Of a stretch of DNA of 64,000 nucleotides, positions 12,746 to 26,265 are shown piece by piece. The notes beneath the pieces were generated by a model. That model was not told the origin of the DNA. It saw nothing but the letters and a program-made list of their open reading frames with translations, and searched no databases. A program made the translations under genes and the position numbers. How positions within the stretch are numbered: the stretch's first letter is position 1; every line of letters begins with the position of its first letter. This DNA comes from Macrostomum hystrix (taxonomy: Eukaryota; Animalia; Platyhelminthes). Location: contig CATNEN010000003.1 in the NCBI GenBank assembly GCA_950097015.1, positions 7,936,001-8,000,000 on the forward strand, given 5' to 3'.

Positions 12746-13600
12746 TTTCTATAAAACGGTTTCCAGAATTCATCGTTGAAAAGGTCTTTATTATTTACAA
12801 AAAGATTTAAAGCACTTTGCAGTAGATTTATTAGTCTATCATTCTAATATATAATTTTCGAAATCCTGCTTTAAGCAAACTCAAATTTAGTTGCATCATC
12901 AACATTTGTCAGCACGTCACCCCGAGCACAATGTTCCACTCGGGGTCTATGTCGCATTCTGTTAAGCGTCTCACAAAATGACACAGAGTGCCAGACAAGG
13001 CAATGCAATGGACAGCGGAAGACTTGCGTGGGGTCAATTATCGTTGAGTATAGGAGATTTGGGATCAAATTCTCAGATCACCTAATTCTATAGACTAATA
13101 TAACTGCTAAAATGTCTTCTAAAAGAAATTCTTAGACAGACGGCCAGTGGGCGGGGATGCATCTCGGGGAGGGGTTTGAGTCGTGTCTCCTGAAGCAGGT
13201 GTGCTCAAACTATTATAGCAGCTCAAAATCCTCCAACCCACCCCAGATCAAAGCCCGCAGCAATGCCCACAGGTATATAAATTGAGTTTATTCTCACTGA
13301 TATGAATGGACACCGGTTGATCCTCTAGTTTGATATCGCAATCTTCCTCAAAACTCTCTCCCTGTCTCCCTGTCTGTCTTCACTTTCCGATTCCCTTTTC
13401 AGCCCCGTGAGGATACGCAGTCGGATGTCCAGTAATTATATCCCAATTTTGTAGCAGAAAGGTAGAATAATGGCAATAAAATAGCTGGGAATCGGGTCAT
13501 CAGATCAAACACGCAGGTGGCATAAAATCCCAGTTCCAAATAAATCTACTGTCTATTATTCTGCTCGTCGATTTTTTACTTGGTCAGAAAAAAATCATAG

Positions 13601-13955
13601 TTACAATTGCAGGAGGGCTGCGGGCAGTGGCACATCATTTGGTGACACTAGACCCGCAGCCAGCGAGGAGGCAATTCTGCCCATTTCCCTGACTCCTGAG
13701 CACACACGCGCACAGATACTGTACGCAGGCACACGCTCACACAGGTGTGTACATCTACCCTGACTTTCTCATCGTCAGGCAGTGTACACTCTCACTGTGC
13801 CTTGGAGGTTGGTCCTCAGTAGCGTAAATTGCACGACAAGCCCCCAAGCCTTCTCTACGCGGCTGCGCCCCAAATTAATGTGGCCTCGCCGCGGAATCGA
13901 GCTCAGGGACCTTGGCGCGAGAGGCAAACGCGTTAACCGCTCTGCCACCGACCCC
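13601..13955 (-). mobile_element. tRNA-derived SINE family 1, near full length
   Basis: Head GGGGTCGGTGGCAGAGCGG (A box)...GCTCGATTCC (B-box-like). Body is shared with at least 5 other copies in the window. Confidence 0.8.
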
Positions 13956-14502
13956 TACTTAGTCAGTAAAAGAAAGCCAAAACTTCTGGTTAAACTTGCT
14001 TCGACTCAAAGGCAAAAATTATTTCTAGTGTGATTGGCTTTTTCCATTTGTTGAAGCAGAAGACGCCAGGTGCAGCAGCCAGATGCCCTTCATTCCGCCT
14101 CCGGGTTTGGGGCGGAAATCTTCTCAACTGCGCAGGAGTCGGCCCAGTTTCATTTCGTCCCCATCGCAGTTCCATCAATACACGCACAGAATGCACACTT
14201 CACTGAGCACAGGAGAATTGACAAAAAACCCTGACTCAGAAATAAGCAGCACTGGATATAGGGGCCAATAATTGGATGGCAAACAAAGGCATAAAGATCT
14301 GAGTTCCCCTATATGCGAAATTTCCATCACTTTCTTCAACAAAAAGTGTCAACTCATGATTAGAGTGTAGCAGACAGTGATCTAAAATAATTACAGGATT
14401 TTCCTAATCAAAATTAAACGGCATTGTTTTATCGGATAGCAGAATCGCCTTCAGGCTGAAAATCGAGAGGGTGGCAAAACTGCTAGGTATCTGGACACTG
14501 AC

Positions 14503-16946
14503 CCCTTCCAACACTTGCTCATACTCGTCTCATCTCTCCTGTCTCACCTCTCCCGTGTCTCACCTCTCCCCTGTCTTATCTCTCCGGTGTCTCATCTCTC
14601 TCGCGTCTCATTGAGATGCAGCCACCCACACCAAATGCGTTCTAGCGTAATCTATCCAACGCACCGCTTCCTATGTGCTGATTTCCTAAACGCAGGCTAC
14701 CAATGACAGCTTAACAACAAGCTATATATATAACATACGAAAGTGCGAAGCAGTCAACCGTTTTCCCACTACCTTAGCTTCTTCCAACTCCTAGCCTCGC
14801 TAGCAAATTAATCTAAAGTTATAATAGTCAACCAGACTACGGACTCAATCACATAGACAACAGGCCTTAGCCTTGAACCGCTGAATATTCGACGAATCTG
14901 ATAAGTACCACGTTCCTGACTGCTTCTTACTTAGTATTCTGATTGCTCACCATCATTGTGCATTGTTTGAACAACACCAGTAATACGATTGGAAATATAA
15001 CACCTGAGAGAAGGTTTAACACCGCTGGAAACTTGAGTTGAACTTGCCGCTCATTGACGTATTTAGAACAGAGAGTTAGAGAGCATCATAGAGAAGATAA
15101 CAATAAAGTATATCATCATCTCTCCCGTGTCTAATCTCTCCAGTGTCTCATCTCTCCCATGTCTCATCTCTCCCATGTCTTATCTCTCCCTGTCTTATCT
15201 CTCCCATGACTTATCTCTCCCCTGTCTCATCTCTCTCCTGTCTCATCTCTCCCCTGTCTTATCTCTCCCTGTCTCATCTCTCCCTTGTCTCATCTCTCCC
15301 TTGTCTCATCTCTCCCATGTCTCATCTCTCCCCTGTCACATCTCTCCTGTCTCATCTCTCCCCTGTCTCATCTCTCCCCAGTCTCATATCTCCCATGTCT
15401 CATCTCTCCCATGTCTTATCTCTCCCTGTCTTATCTCTCCCATGACTTATCTCTCCCCTGTCTCATCTCTCCCCAGTCTCATATCTCCCATGTCTCATCT
15501 CTCCCATGTCTTATCTCTCCCATGTCTTATCTCTCCCTGTCTCATCTCTCCCATGTCTTATCTCTCCCATGTCTTATCTCTCCCTGTCTTATCTCTCCCA
15601 TGACTTATCTCTCCCCTGTCTCATCTCTCTCCTGTCTCATCTCTCTCCTGTCTCATCTCTCTCCTGTCTCATCTCTCCCCTGTCTCATCTTGATCTTTCT
15701 CATCTCTCTCCTGTCTCATCTCTCTCCTGTCTCATCTCTCCCCTGTCTCATCTTGATCTTTCTCATCTCTCCCCAGTATCATCTCTCGCGTGTATATCCC
15801 GTGCAAAGCTTAAATCTCCAGTTTTTCTGCCCGAATGGAAACACATGCATTAAAAGTTGTAGTAAAAATCTAGATCTTTATAAACAAAGAATATTCGGCA
15901 AAGTGAGCAAGATTTTAAATTGAGCAACTCATAGCAACTCACAAGCGCGTGCTCGCTCACCTGCCCAACTCTTAACCACAGAAAAAAAACTAAACAAAAA
16001 ACAAAGCCGCCGACGATGCCTTGACACCTCGCCCTGACCCCTAGGTGAGCAGCTGTTACTGCTCAGAGCCACACTTTCACTCCTAACATCTCAACAATGA
16101 GCCTCCCTAATATTGATAGAACAGTTTAGTGCTGACAAATAGCTTATGCCTGGAGGGTTTATTGAAATGTTGACACCTTCGCTTAACTGCCGTCTTACAG
16201 TCACTTTCAGATTGATAAAAAGTTGATAAGTTTAAAACATGCTAAACAATCAATAAGAGAAAAGAAGTAACAGGATAAGACAGGGGAGAGACACGGCAGA
16301 GATGAGACAGGGGAGAGATGAGAGAGACGCGGGAGAGATGAGACAGGAGAGAGATGAGACACGGGAGAGATGAGACACGGGAGAGATAAGTCATGGGAGA
16401 GATAAGTCATTGGAGAGATAAGACAGGGAGAGATAAGACATGGGAGAGATGAGACACGGGCGAGATAAGTCATGGGAGAGATAAGACACGGAAGAGATGA
16501 GACACGGAAGAGATGAGACAGGGAGAGATAAGACATGGGAGAGATGAGACAGGGAGAGATAAGACAGGGAGAGATAAGACATGGGAGAGATGAGACACGG
16601 AGAGATAAGTCATGGGAGAGATAAGACACGGAAGAGATGAGACACGGAAGAGATGAGACAGGGAGAGATAAGACATGGGAGAGATGAGACAGGAGAGAGA
16701 TGAGACACGGAAGAGATGAGACACGGACGAGATGAGACACGGGAGAGATGAGACAGGAGAGAGATGAGACAGGAGAGAGATGAGACACGGAAGAGATGAG
16801 ACAGGGAGAGATAAAACATGGGAGAGATGAGACAGGGAGAGATAAGACATGGGAGAGATGAGACAGGGAGAATTAATACTGTGTAGAGATTAGACAGAGG
16901 AGAGATGGGACAAGGGAGAGATGAGACAGGACAGTGTTTGGAAGGG
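14503..16946. mobile_element. Foldback-like element: short TIR plus inverted arrays of ~16-bp TGTCTCATCTCTCCC units
   Basis: cccttccaacact at 14503 and agtgtttggaaggg ending at 16946. Arrays at 14527-14630 and 15117-15787 (+) face 16273-16930 (inverted). Confidence 0.55.
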
Positions 16947-17445
16947 CCCAGTTATTTACAAGCATTGTGGACAGAAGTGTGGGAACCCCAGTAAAATAAA
17001 ACACGGAACGACTGCTGCACCTATAATTATAGTAAAGCACCTGAGATAGAATTCAATGATCAACAGTGCCTGGGATTTCATCAATCTATCTGACAGCTAT
17101 CTGAAGATGATGCGGAAAATTTTTCAGCTCAATTAGACTCGGTGCTTCTAGGAAATCTGACACTCACAAGATCATCCCACACCAGTTGATAATAAGAGGC
17201 TGCAGCGAAGGAAATGAGGCACACGCGATTATATAATTATGAAGGACAATAATTCTGAGCATTTGATGCGGTCTCAAATTTTGCTCATCACACTTTGAAA
17301 TTCTACTTGAGACTCTATTTAAATGCATATATTAAACAGACACAAACACAGCTATAATGATAATGACGCAACAGCTATTTGCACACACAAACAGCACAGC
17401 CTCTTGTAGAATTGGCTAACAGACTACTTTTAGGGTGGGCCTGAT

Positions 17446-18600
17446 AAGGGTGGGTGATAGAACGCGGGTTAGGTGGGTGATAGAACACGGGTTAGGTGGG
17501 TGATAGACGCGGGTTAGGTGGGTGATAGAACACGGATTTTGTGGGTGATAGAACACGGATTTGGTGGGTGATAGAACACGGATTTTGTGGGTGATAGAAC
17601 ACGGATTTTGTGGGTGATAGAACACGGATTTTGTGGGTGATAGAACACGGATTTTGTGGGTGATAGAACACGGATTTGGTGGGTGATAGAACACGGATTT
17701 GGTGGGTGATAGAACACGGATTTGGTGGGTGATAGAACACGGATTTGGTGGGTGATAGAACACGGATTTGGTGGGTGATAGAACACAGATTTAGTGGGTG
17801 ATAGAACACGGATTTGGTGGGTGATAGAACACTGATTTAGTGGGTGATAGAACACAGATTTGGTGGGTGATAGAACACTGATTTAGTGGGTGATAGAACA
17901 AGGATTTGGTGGGTGATAGAATACGCATTTGGTGGGTGATAGAACGCGGGTTAGTAGGGTGATAGAACACGGATTTGGTGGGTGATAGAACACGGATTTA
18001 GTGGGTGAAAGAACACGGATTTGGTGGGTGATAGAACACGGATTTGGTGGGTGATAGAACACGGATTTTGTGGGTGATAGAACGGGGTTAGGTGGGTGAT
18101 AGAACACGGATTTGATGGGTGATAGCACACGGATTTGGTGGGTGCTAGAACGGGGTTAGGTGGGTGATAGAACACGGATTTGGCGGGTGATAGTACACGG
18201 ATTTGGTGGGTGATAGAACACGGATTTGGTGGGTGATAGAACACGGATTTGATGGGTGATAGAACACGGATTTGGTGGGTGATAGAACACGGATTTGGTG
18301 GGTGATAGAACGCGGGTTAGGTGGGTGATAGAACACGGATTTGGCGGGTGATAGTACACGGATTTGGTGGGTGATAGAACACGGATTTGGCGGGTGATAG
18401 TAGACGGATTTGGTGGGTGATAGAACACGGATTTTATGGGTGATAGAACACGGATTTGGTGGGTGATAGAACACGGATTTGGTGGGTGATAGAACACGGA
18501 TTTGGTGGGTGATAGAACACGGATTTGGTGGGTGAAAGAACACGGATTAGGTGGGTGATAGAACACGGAATTGGTGGGTGATAGAACACGGATTTGGTGG
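17446..18600 (-). repeat. Same 23-bp minisatellite, inverted
   Basis: ggtgggtgatagaacacggattt units. Confidence 0.95.
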
Positions 18601-20034
18601 CTTGACTTGTTATTAGAATTTACTCGTTTATAGAATACTAGGATTTACAAATAATTTTTTTTCATGTACAGAAATGGTCCTTAGACTCACAGCCCACTGT
18701 GCGATGTTTATTGTAAGAATTGTGTTGACTTTCACTGTAGAGGCCATGATCTTATAGCAACCTGACCAAGCCGCCATCAAACCTTTTATGATCAGCGAAC
18801 CGAAAGTTTTAAATTAATCGAGTATTTTCATTTGAATGTGAGCCAGTTCCGAGCATATGTTATACAGATATTAATTGGGTTGAAATTGAGGAATTAAAAA
18901 GCGAAAAAAAATTGCACGCCTCATTGAAACCTTTAGGGGAATATTTCAAGTTTAAATATCCTTATGCTGCAATAGACAAAGTCTAACATGCAGAAATCTA
19001 TATTTATTCCTAGTTGCGATGCCGGTAGCAACTGTGTCTATAACCATCGATAGGGATAAGTGTGTGCAACGGTTCATAGTCTGTTAACTCCTTGAACTCT
19101 CACAATCTCTCTTCATCTCTTGGACAAAGACAACAGCAGAGAGTAGAGAATTAGCCTCGTTTAGGCCGGACTAAGACCTGATAGCTTTGAAGACTTGAGT
19201 AGGGAAAATGAGCAACAAAGACTTGCTCAGAGAATTAAGCGGATCGGCTGTGAAACACCGGTGGGTGTGGCATCCGCCTATACCGCTCGCTAGGACCCCC
19301 TGCAGCAATGTCCGCGGCCACGCAATCACAGATCAGATCAGACAGATTTCGCTTGATTAGATTCCGCGAATCATGTCTGTCTCAGAGAATCATTATCAAT
19401 ATCCCCGTCTTAGCTTAGAACAATAATTATTTAACGATCATGAGCATTCAATTGTAGCGGTGCTAGAGACTTTCAAAGGCTAGATTCACGTTGATCAGGA
19501 CCAACGAAAATTCAAGAACATTTTCTCACCATTTTGTTATCAACAAAACAGAAAAGCTTTCTTTTATCGAACCGCTTTTAAACCTAGAAAGAAAGACGAT
19601 AAAAGCACGAGCAGGTAACTGTTCTAGATACGCAACAAGCCTTGTATTCTGTTGTAGTAGAATGATAGTAGAATGATGTTTTTAAAAAATCGGCAGTAAA
19701 ATTAAAACCGAATTACTAATTCGTATGCTATATTTTTTAATGACATGCGGGAAAATAATAAACTAATTATTGCACAAAAAGACAGACAAAAATTATTGCA
19801 TTGCACATGGATTGTAGATTGTAGCTAATTAAGCTGCTTAACTTAATCCTGCATAGAGATTGACGACAATAAAAAGACAAGACAAAAATGTTACAAAAAT
19901 AGATCCTACTTGTAGTAGCATTACGAAAATATGCAGAAAGCAAAAAAATTATAAAAGCTTCTTTTAAAGAGTTAGGTAAAAATGTTCAAAAATAGAGCAG
20001 CGTCTAATTTGTCAGCTGAAGCAAGTAAATCACT

Positions 20035-20210
20035 CTCAAAATCTCACCCAGAGGATCTAGATATTAGCTACTAAAATACTTAAAATCTCACCCCTAGATA
20101 GTAGAAGTCTCAAAATCTCACCCCTAGATATTAAAAGGCTCAAAATCTCACCCCTAGATATTAAAAGGCTCAAAATCTCATTCCTAGATACTAAAGTCTC
20201 AAAATCTTAC
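20035..20210. repeat. 30-bp repeat (ctcaaaatctcacccctagatattaaaagg)
   Basis: About 5 units. Confidence 0.85.
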
Positions 20211-20383
20211 CTCGTAGTGTTTAATACTCTACAGCACTTTAAAACCAGATTCATAAAAAATATGATTTTAGTAAAAAGTCAGTTTAAATTGACAAGCTAG
20301 CAGGGTCACTCACAAAACACAATACTTTTGAAGCATGATGCTCTATTAAAATAAGAGAACGTCAATTTTTCCCAACTACACTA

Positions 20384-23300
20384 CTAACCAAGCAGAACGA
20401 AAAGTAGCATATATAGCAACGGAAAAAAAGTAGACAAATATTTGCCAGAATTGTCTAAGTTAGCCGTGTTAGACACGTATAACTCTGCACCGGTAGATAC
20501 TAAATTCGTCACAGAATCGTCCATGCCGGCGCTCCTACGCCGACGCCGACGCTGGCCGAGAATGACAGATTCGGCCGAGTCGCGCTGACAGCCGCGGCAT
20601 TCAATTGGATCGGATCGATTGCAGACACTCAGATTGCAGTGGACATGCATTCGGCCAGCGCTATCGCCGGCAAATCTAAACGCTAAAAATCTTAAACCAA
20701 CCAATCTATCGGAGATGTCAATCAATCTAACATTGGCTGTCGGACAACGATTCACTAACAGATTGTAGCGCGGCAGGGCGCTGGCGTTAGGGACGCTGGT
20801 AGCCCAACAGTCGATTAGGCGCAGTTTAACAGCCAGAGTGTCGTCAACCTATTCGACAATTTGCGGTTTTTAGAAGAGATCTATAAAAAAGAATCTAAAA
20901 AAAATAGAAAAATAATATATAATAATAATATTTACACGAGGGCTGCGAGCAATGGCAGCCATCGTTTGGTGACACTAGACCCGCAGCCAGCGAGGAGGCA
21001 ATTCTGCCCATTTCGCTGACTCCTGAGCACACTCGCACACGGATACTGTACGACTTTCTCATCATCAGGCAGTGTACAACCTCACTGTGCCTTGGAGGTT
21101 GGCCCTCAAGGGCATAAATTGCACGACAAGCCCCCAAGCCTTCTCTACGCGGCTGCGCCCTTAATTAATGTGGTCTCGCCGTGGAATTGTGCAGCAAACG
21201 CGTTGCAACTCACCCCTACTCACTTATTTATAATAATCGGCGAACTAAAAAATCTGCAATCTAAGAATCGGATATATCTAAAAATGGGCGTTTTAGGAAT
21301 CGGAGATATCTAAAAATGGGCGATTTAAGAATCGGAGATATCTAAAAATGGGCGATTTAAGAATCGGAGATATCTAAAAATGGGCGATTTAAGAATCGGA
21401 GATATCTAAAAATGGGCGATTTAAGAATCGGAGATATCTAAAAATGGGCGGTTTAAGAATCGGAGATATCTAAAAATGGGCGATTTAGGAATCGGAGATA
21501 TCTAAAAATGGGCGGTTTAAGAATCGGAGATATCTAAAAATGGGCGATTTAGGAATCGCAGATATCTAAAAATGGGCGGTTTAAGAATCGGAGATATCTA
21601 AAAATGGGCGATTTAGGAATCGCAGATATCTAAAAATGGGCGATTTAGGAATCGGAGATATCTAAAAATGGGCGGTAATAAGAATCGTCGGAGATATCTA
21701 AAAATGGGCGTTTTAATAATCGGAGATATCTAAAAATGGGCGGTTTAAGAATCGGAGATATCTAAAAATGGGCGATTTAGGAATCGGAGATGTCTAAAAA
21801 TGGGCAGTTTAAGAATCGGAGATATCTAAAAATGGGCGGTTTAAGAATCGGAGATATCTAAAAATGGGCGTTTTAAGAATCGGAGATATCTAAAAATGGG
21901 CGTTTTAAGAATCGGAGTTATCTAAAAATGGGTGATTTAAGAATCTGAGATATCTAAAAATGAATAATCTAAGAATCTGAGATATCTTAAAATGGGTGAT
22001 TTAAGAATAGGCGATCAATAAGAATCACAGATTTGAGAATAGGCGATCTATAAAACAGAATATAAAAAGCAGAGCAATATTAAAAGAATTTCTGATTTCA
22101 AACAAACCTGCAACAGACGAACTCTAGCAAATATTGGCTGGCCGAGCAGTACAGGTGTTTGTTCAACAGCCGAATTGGTGAGCGGCTGTTGAAATTCCAG
22201 ACTGGCGCCATCGGCAGACGGTAGCAGGCTGGCGAATAAGCCAATATCGGTGACGAATTTGGCCTGACCGGAGCTCTCTGGCATTGGAATGGCGGCCACA
22301 TCCACAGCCGCAGCTCCTAGGCTGGCTCTGCTAGGCAAAGCGCATAGTATTGGCACGCGAAGCGGTGTGTCCGTGTACACCAGAGCCGATGTTGAAGCCA
22401 CCGACGGTAGGAGACGAATTTCCATCTTATAGAGCTGATGACTCGCATTGTACGACTGGCTAACATTGCACTCTGTGTAGGCTAGCTGAGGTGCGGAATA
22501 GAGGATAAACTGGGATAGAACTTTTACAGCATTCACCGGCTAATTAAAAAGGTAGTTTTCTGCTTAGTTATGGGTAGCTCATTGTTAATACAAAAAGTTG
22601 CTTCGCTAAAAGAACATATTATGTTTTTCAGTGCTCTAAAAGACGTCTTATAAATGTTTAAATGATGAGATATTTATGATTAATAAATCCCATTGCTCAT
22701 AGATAAGCGTTGCTCATAGCCACGCTCATAAAAGCCAATGAGACTATCATTGCTCATAAATGCTAATGAGCTAATCATTGCTCATAAATGCTAATGAGCC
22801 AATCATTGCTCATAAATTCCAATTAGACTATCATTGCTCATAAATTCCAATTAGACTATCATTGCTCATAAATGGCAGTTAGACTATAATTGCTCATAAA
22901 TGGCAGTTAGACTATCATTGCTCATAAATGTCAGTTAGACTATCATTGCTCATAAATGCCAGTTAGACTATAATTGCTCATAAATGTCAGTTTGACTATA
23001 ATTGCTCATAAATGCCAATTAGACTATTATTGCTCATAAATGCCAATTAGACTATAATTGCTCATAAATGTCAGTTAGACTATAATTGCTCATAAATGTC
23101 AGTTAGACTATAATTGCTCATAAATGCCAATTAGACTATAATTGCTCATAAATGTCAGTTAGACTATAATTGCTCATAAATGCCAATTAGACTATAATTG
23201 CTCATAAATGCCAACTAGACTATCATTGCTCATAAATGTCAGTTAGACTATAATTGCTCATAAATGTCAGTTTGACTATAATTGCTCATAAATGTCAGTT

Positions 23301-26265
23301 TGACTATAATTGCTCATAAATGCCAATTAGACTATTATTGCTCATAAATGCCAATTAGACTATAATTGCTCATAAATGTCAGTTTGACTATAATTGCTCA
23401 TAAATGTCAGTTAGACTATAATTGCTCATAAATGCCAATTAGACTATAATTGCTCATAAATGTCAGTTAGACTATAATTGCTCATAAATGCCAATTAGAC
23501 TATAATTGCTCATAAATGCCAACTAGACTATCATTGGTCATAAATGTCAGTTAGACTATAATTGCTCATAAATGTCGATTAGACTATCATTGCTTACTGG
23601 TCATTGTTCATGTATAGAGATAAAAATGTATTATTACTAGATCTAAGCAAGCATTTGTAATTTTCTGCCCTTATTTTTAAATCACGGTCGTCTTACATCC
23701 AACCAGACGTGAGTAGCGTTGCTGCCGAGCGAGAAGCCGGTGCAATTCTTAGGATGAACAGTTGGCTCCAGTGTCAGCCTATTCGGACTCTCAACGCCGT
23801 CAGCCAATAGGAAAGCGACACGGAATCCGCGATCGCTGCAGTCCAAACTGGGCCTAGGCGGCTCGCGCGAGGGCCCTCCCTGCGGTAGGCATTCCAGAGC
23901 GGCTTGGCCAGACCTACAAACTGCCACAGATCTGCTGCAGCTGTCTAAGCCTTTGCTGCTGCCGCCGCTGCAGCTGAGAAGGACGCCAGTTCGATCCGAG
24001 CTATCGGCTACCATGCCAGGCCGCCATGGCAGACGATCTGGCAGGCCGACGAATGAGCTGCGAGATGGATTTCGGGGTGGGTGGAAAATGAGGAATAGAG
24101 AAACGAATGTGTTAAGAAGAGAAAAGGAGGATTAGAGAACCTAAAGGATTAAGAGAGTGGAGAAAAAAGAGGATTAGAGGAACTAAAGGATTAAGAGAGT
24201 GGAGAAAAATGAGGATTAGAGAAACTAATGGATTAAGAGAGTGGAGAAAAATGAGGATTAGAGGAACTAATGGATTAAGAGAGTGAAGAAGAATGAGGAT
24301 TAGAGGAACTAATGGATTAAAAGAGTGGAGAAAAATGAGGATTAGAGGAACTAATGGATTAAGAGAGTGGAGAAAAATGAGGATTACAGGAACCAATGGG
24401 TTATGAATAGGAGAGTGGAGAAAAATGAGGATATTTTTAAAGAGTAATATTAAAGAATAAAAGCATACCCTTGACAAAGGACCGAGCACACAGATTGAGC
24501 TTCTCTGATACCAAACTGATCAGAGCAAACTGTTACGTTATTGAATAATACGCGCCTATCTTTCAGCTCAACAAACTCGCTAACATTGTAGCGACCAGTT
24601 ATAGCGCAACGACCGCCATTGGTGTGCAATGGCACTGGCTGCACTGAATAAACTGCTGGCTGTGTAGTAGCAGCATCAGGCACAACAGCAGACCTAGTTG
24701 GCTGAACAACGCTCGAACTGTGACAGCTGATCTGTACGTAGTTGCCTGAGTTGTGACACTGTTTAGGTATGTCGCGGCCAATTATGTATTCGCATGCCAC
24801 TGCTAAATCCCACGTGCTGCGAAATTTCACCTGCAAAATGAGTAAATCATGATCATGATTAATGACCAGTTTTACAGCCCAGGACCAGTTTCACTGTTCA
24901 TAAATGACCAGTTTCACAGCTTATAAATGACCAGTTTCACATCTCATAAATGACCAGTTTCACAGCTCATAAATGACCAGTTTCACAGCTTATAAATGAC
25001 CAGTTTCACATCTCATAAATGACCAGTTTCACAGCTCATAAATGACCAGTTTCTCAGCCCATAAATGACCAGTTTCACTGCTCATAAATGACCAGTTTCA
25101 CTGCTCATAAATGACCAGTTTCACTGCTCATAAATGACCAGTTTCACTGCTCATAAATGACCAGTTTCACTGCTCATAAATGACCAGTTTCACTGCTCAT
25201 AAATGACAAGTTTCACTGCTCATAAATGACCAGTTTCGCAGCTCATAAATGACCAGTTTCACAGCTTATAAATGACCAGTTTCACAGCTTATAAATGACC
25301 AGTTTCAAAGCTTATACTCGTAAATGAACAGTTTCTCAGCCCAAAAATGACCAGTTTTACAGCACGTAAATGAACGGTTTTACACCTCATAAATGAGCAG
25401 TTTCACAGCACATAAATGACCAGTTTCACAGCACATAAATGACAAGTTTCAAAGCTCATAAATGACCAGTTTCACAGCTCATAAATGACCAGTTTTACAG
25501 CTCATAAATGACCAGTTTCATAGCTTCTAAATGACCAGTTTCACAGCACAAAAATGACCAGTTTCAATTGCCTAGTACTATTCTATTATAATAGACTCAC
25601 ATTAAACGAGTCACAGTTCTTAATAGCAATGACAGGTCTAGCTAGCGGTGCGGCAGTTTCTGAAGCGGACAACTTGGCAACAGACAAGTTAGCATTGAAA
25701 TTCATCAATGAGCAGGCTAGGCGAACAGCGTTTAAATCGAATTTGCCCAAATCGCAAACTGGGCCCCAGCTGCCATCCGAGAGGCCAATTTCCAGGAAAC
25801 CGTAGTGGCTGCCAGTTGGGGCAGCGAAACGAACACTGGTTGGACGGGCCATAGTGGAAGTGAGAGCCATGCCCATTTTTGGCAGACCTGCAAAATTTGC
25901 ATTAACAGAATTTTACTTTATAATTGTACTGGCCATATAAAAGTAAGAACTCCCTGAGCTCAATTCCTCACTGCCAGACCAGAGGTACAGTGAAAGTTTT
26001 AGCTGCCTGACAATGAGAAAGTCAGGGCAGATGTACACACTCTCCGTGAGTGTGCGCAGGAGTCAAAGGAATTGACAGAATCGTCTTGTAACTGGCCGCA
26101 GGTTTAGTGTCACCAAATGATGTGCTAGTGACTATAGCTCAACTGCCATCACTATTTTCTAGTATCTCTAATTTCTAACCAATAGGCTTAAAGCTAGGCC
26201 TCGTGGTAAAAATATAGCAGAAACTTACAAGCAAAGCCAATGATAAGCAGAAATGGTAGTGTCAT
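20384..26265 (-). CDS. Secreted or membrane-anchored SRCR-like + zona pellucida (ZP) domain protein (DMBT1-like architecture); exons 26229-26265, 25601-25887, 24469-24830, 23697-24057, 22108-22485, 20384-20848
   Basis: Signal-peptide exon MTLPFLLIIGFA. SRCR-like motifs GFLEI...WGPVCD...AVRLAC and VCSDQFGIREAQSVC. ZP-N cysteines, then ZP-C LIDCWAT...NRCP...FLAFRF...VHCNLSVC, a furin site RRRRRS and a hydrophobic tail. All junctions are GT-AG and phase-compatible. Confidence 0.85.
20915..21216 (-). mobile_element. SINE family 1 copy with (ATT)n tail, in a ZP-gene intron
   Basis: Near-identical blocks to 13635-13890. Confidence 0.8.
21263..21990. repeat. 32-bp minisatellite (gaatcggagatatctaaaaatgggcgatttaa), ZP-gene intron
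   Basis: Tandem units read directly. Confidence 0.95.
22735..23595. repeat. 28-bp minisatellite (attgctcataaatgccaattagactata), ZP-gene intron
   Basis: Tandem units read directly. Confidence 0.95.
24125..24432. repeat. 42-bp minisatellite, ZP-gene intron
   Basis: gaggattagaggaactaatggattaagagagtggagaaaaat units. Confidence 0.92.
24860..25566. repeat. 23-bp minisatellite (cataaatgaccagtttcacagct), ZP-gene intron
   Basis: Tandem units read directly. Confidence 0.95.
25950..26160 (+). mobile_element. SINE family 1 diverged copy
   Basis: gagaaagtcagggcagatgtacacac...tagtgtcaccaaatgatgtg. Confidence 0.7.

Noticed and set aside
13885-13955. tRNA genes here and at 46915-46970
   Set aside because: A/B boxes run straight into shared SINE bodies and tails, and no full cloverleaf is evident.
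15042-15086. Penelope GIY-YIG remnant (TCRSL...RVREH)
   Set aside because: Only ~15 aa with no supporting upstream motif; too short to call.
12169-18566. Many FYHPPNPCSITHQ and SHLSPVSSLPCLI ORFs
   Set aside because: The same peptides appear in all three frames because the unit length is not a multiple of 3; these are repeat artefacts. The same applies to 36598-37394, 40851-41886, 49695-50045 and 55864-56371.
22486-22539. ZP exon starting at the 22539 acceptor, as the ORF track suggests
   Set aside because: The acceptor at 22486-22487 gives HVWLD|LAYTEC, which fits ZP-N cysteine spacing better.
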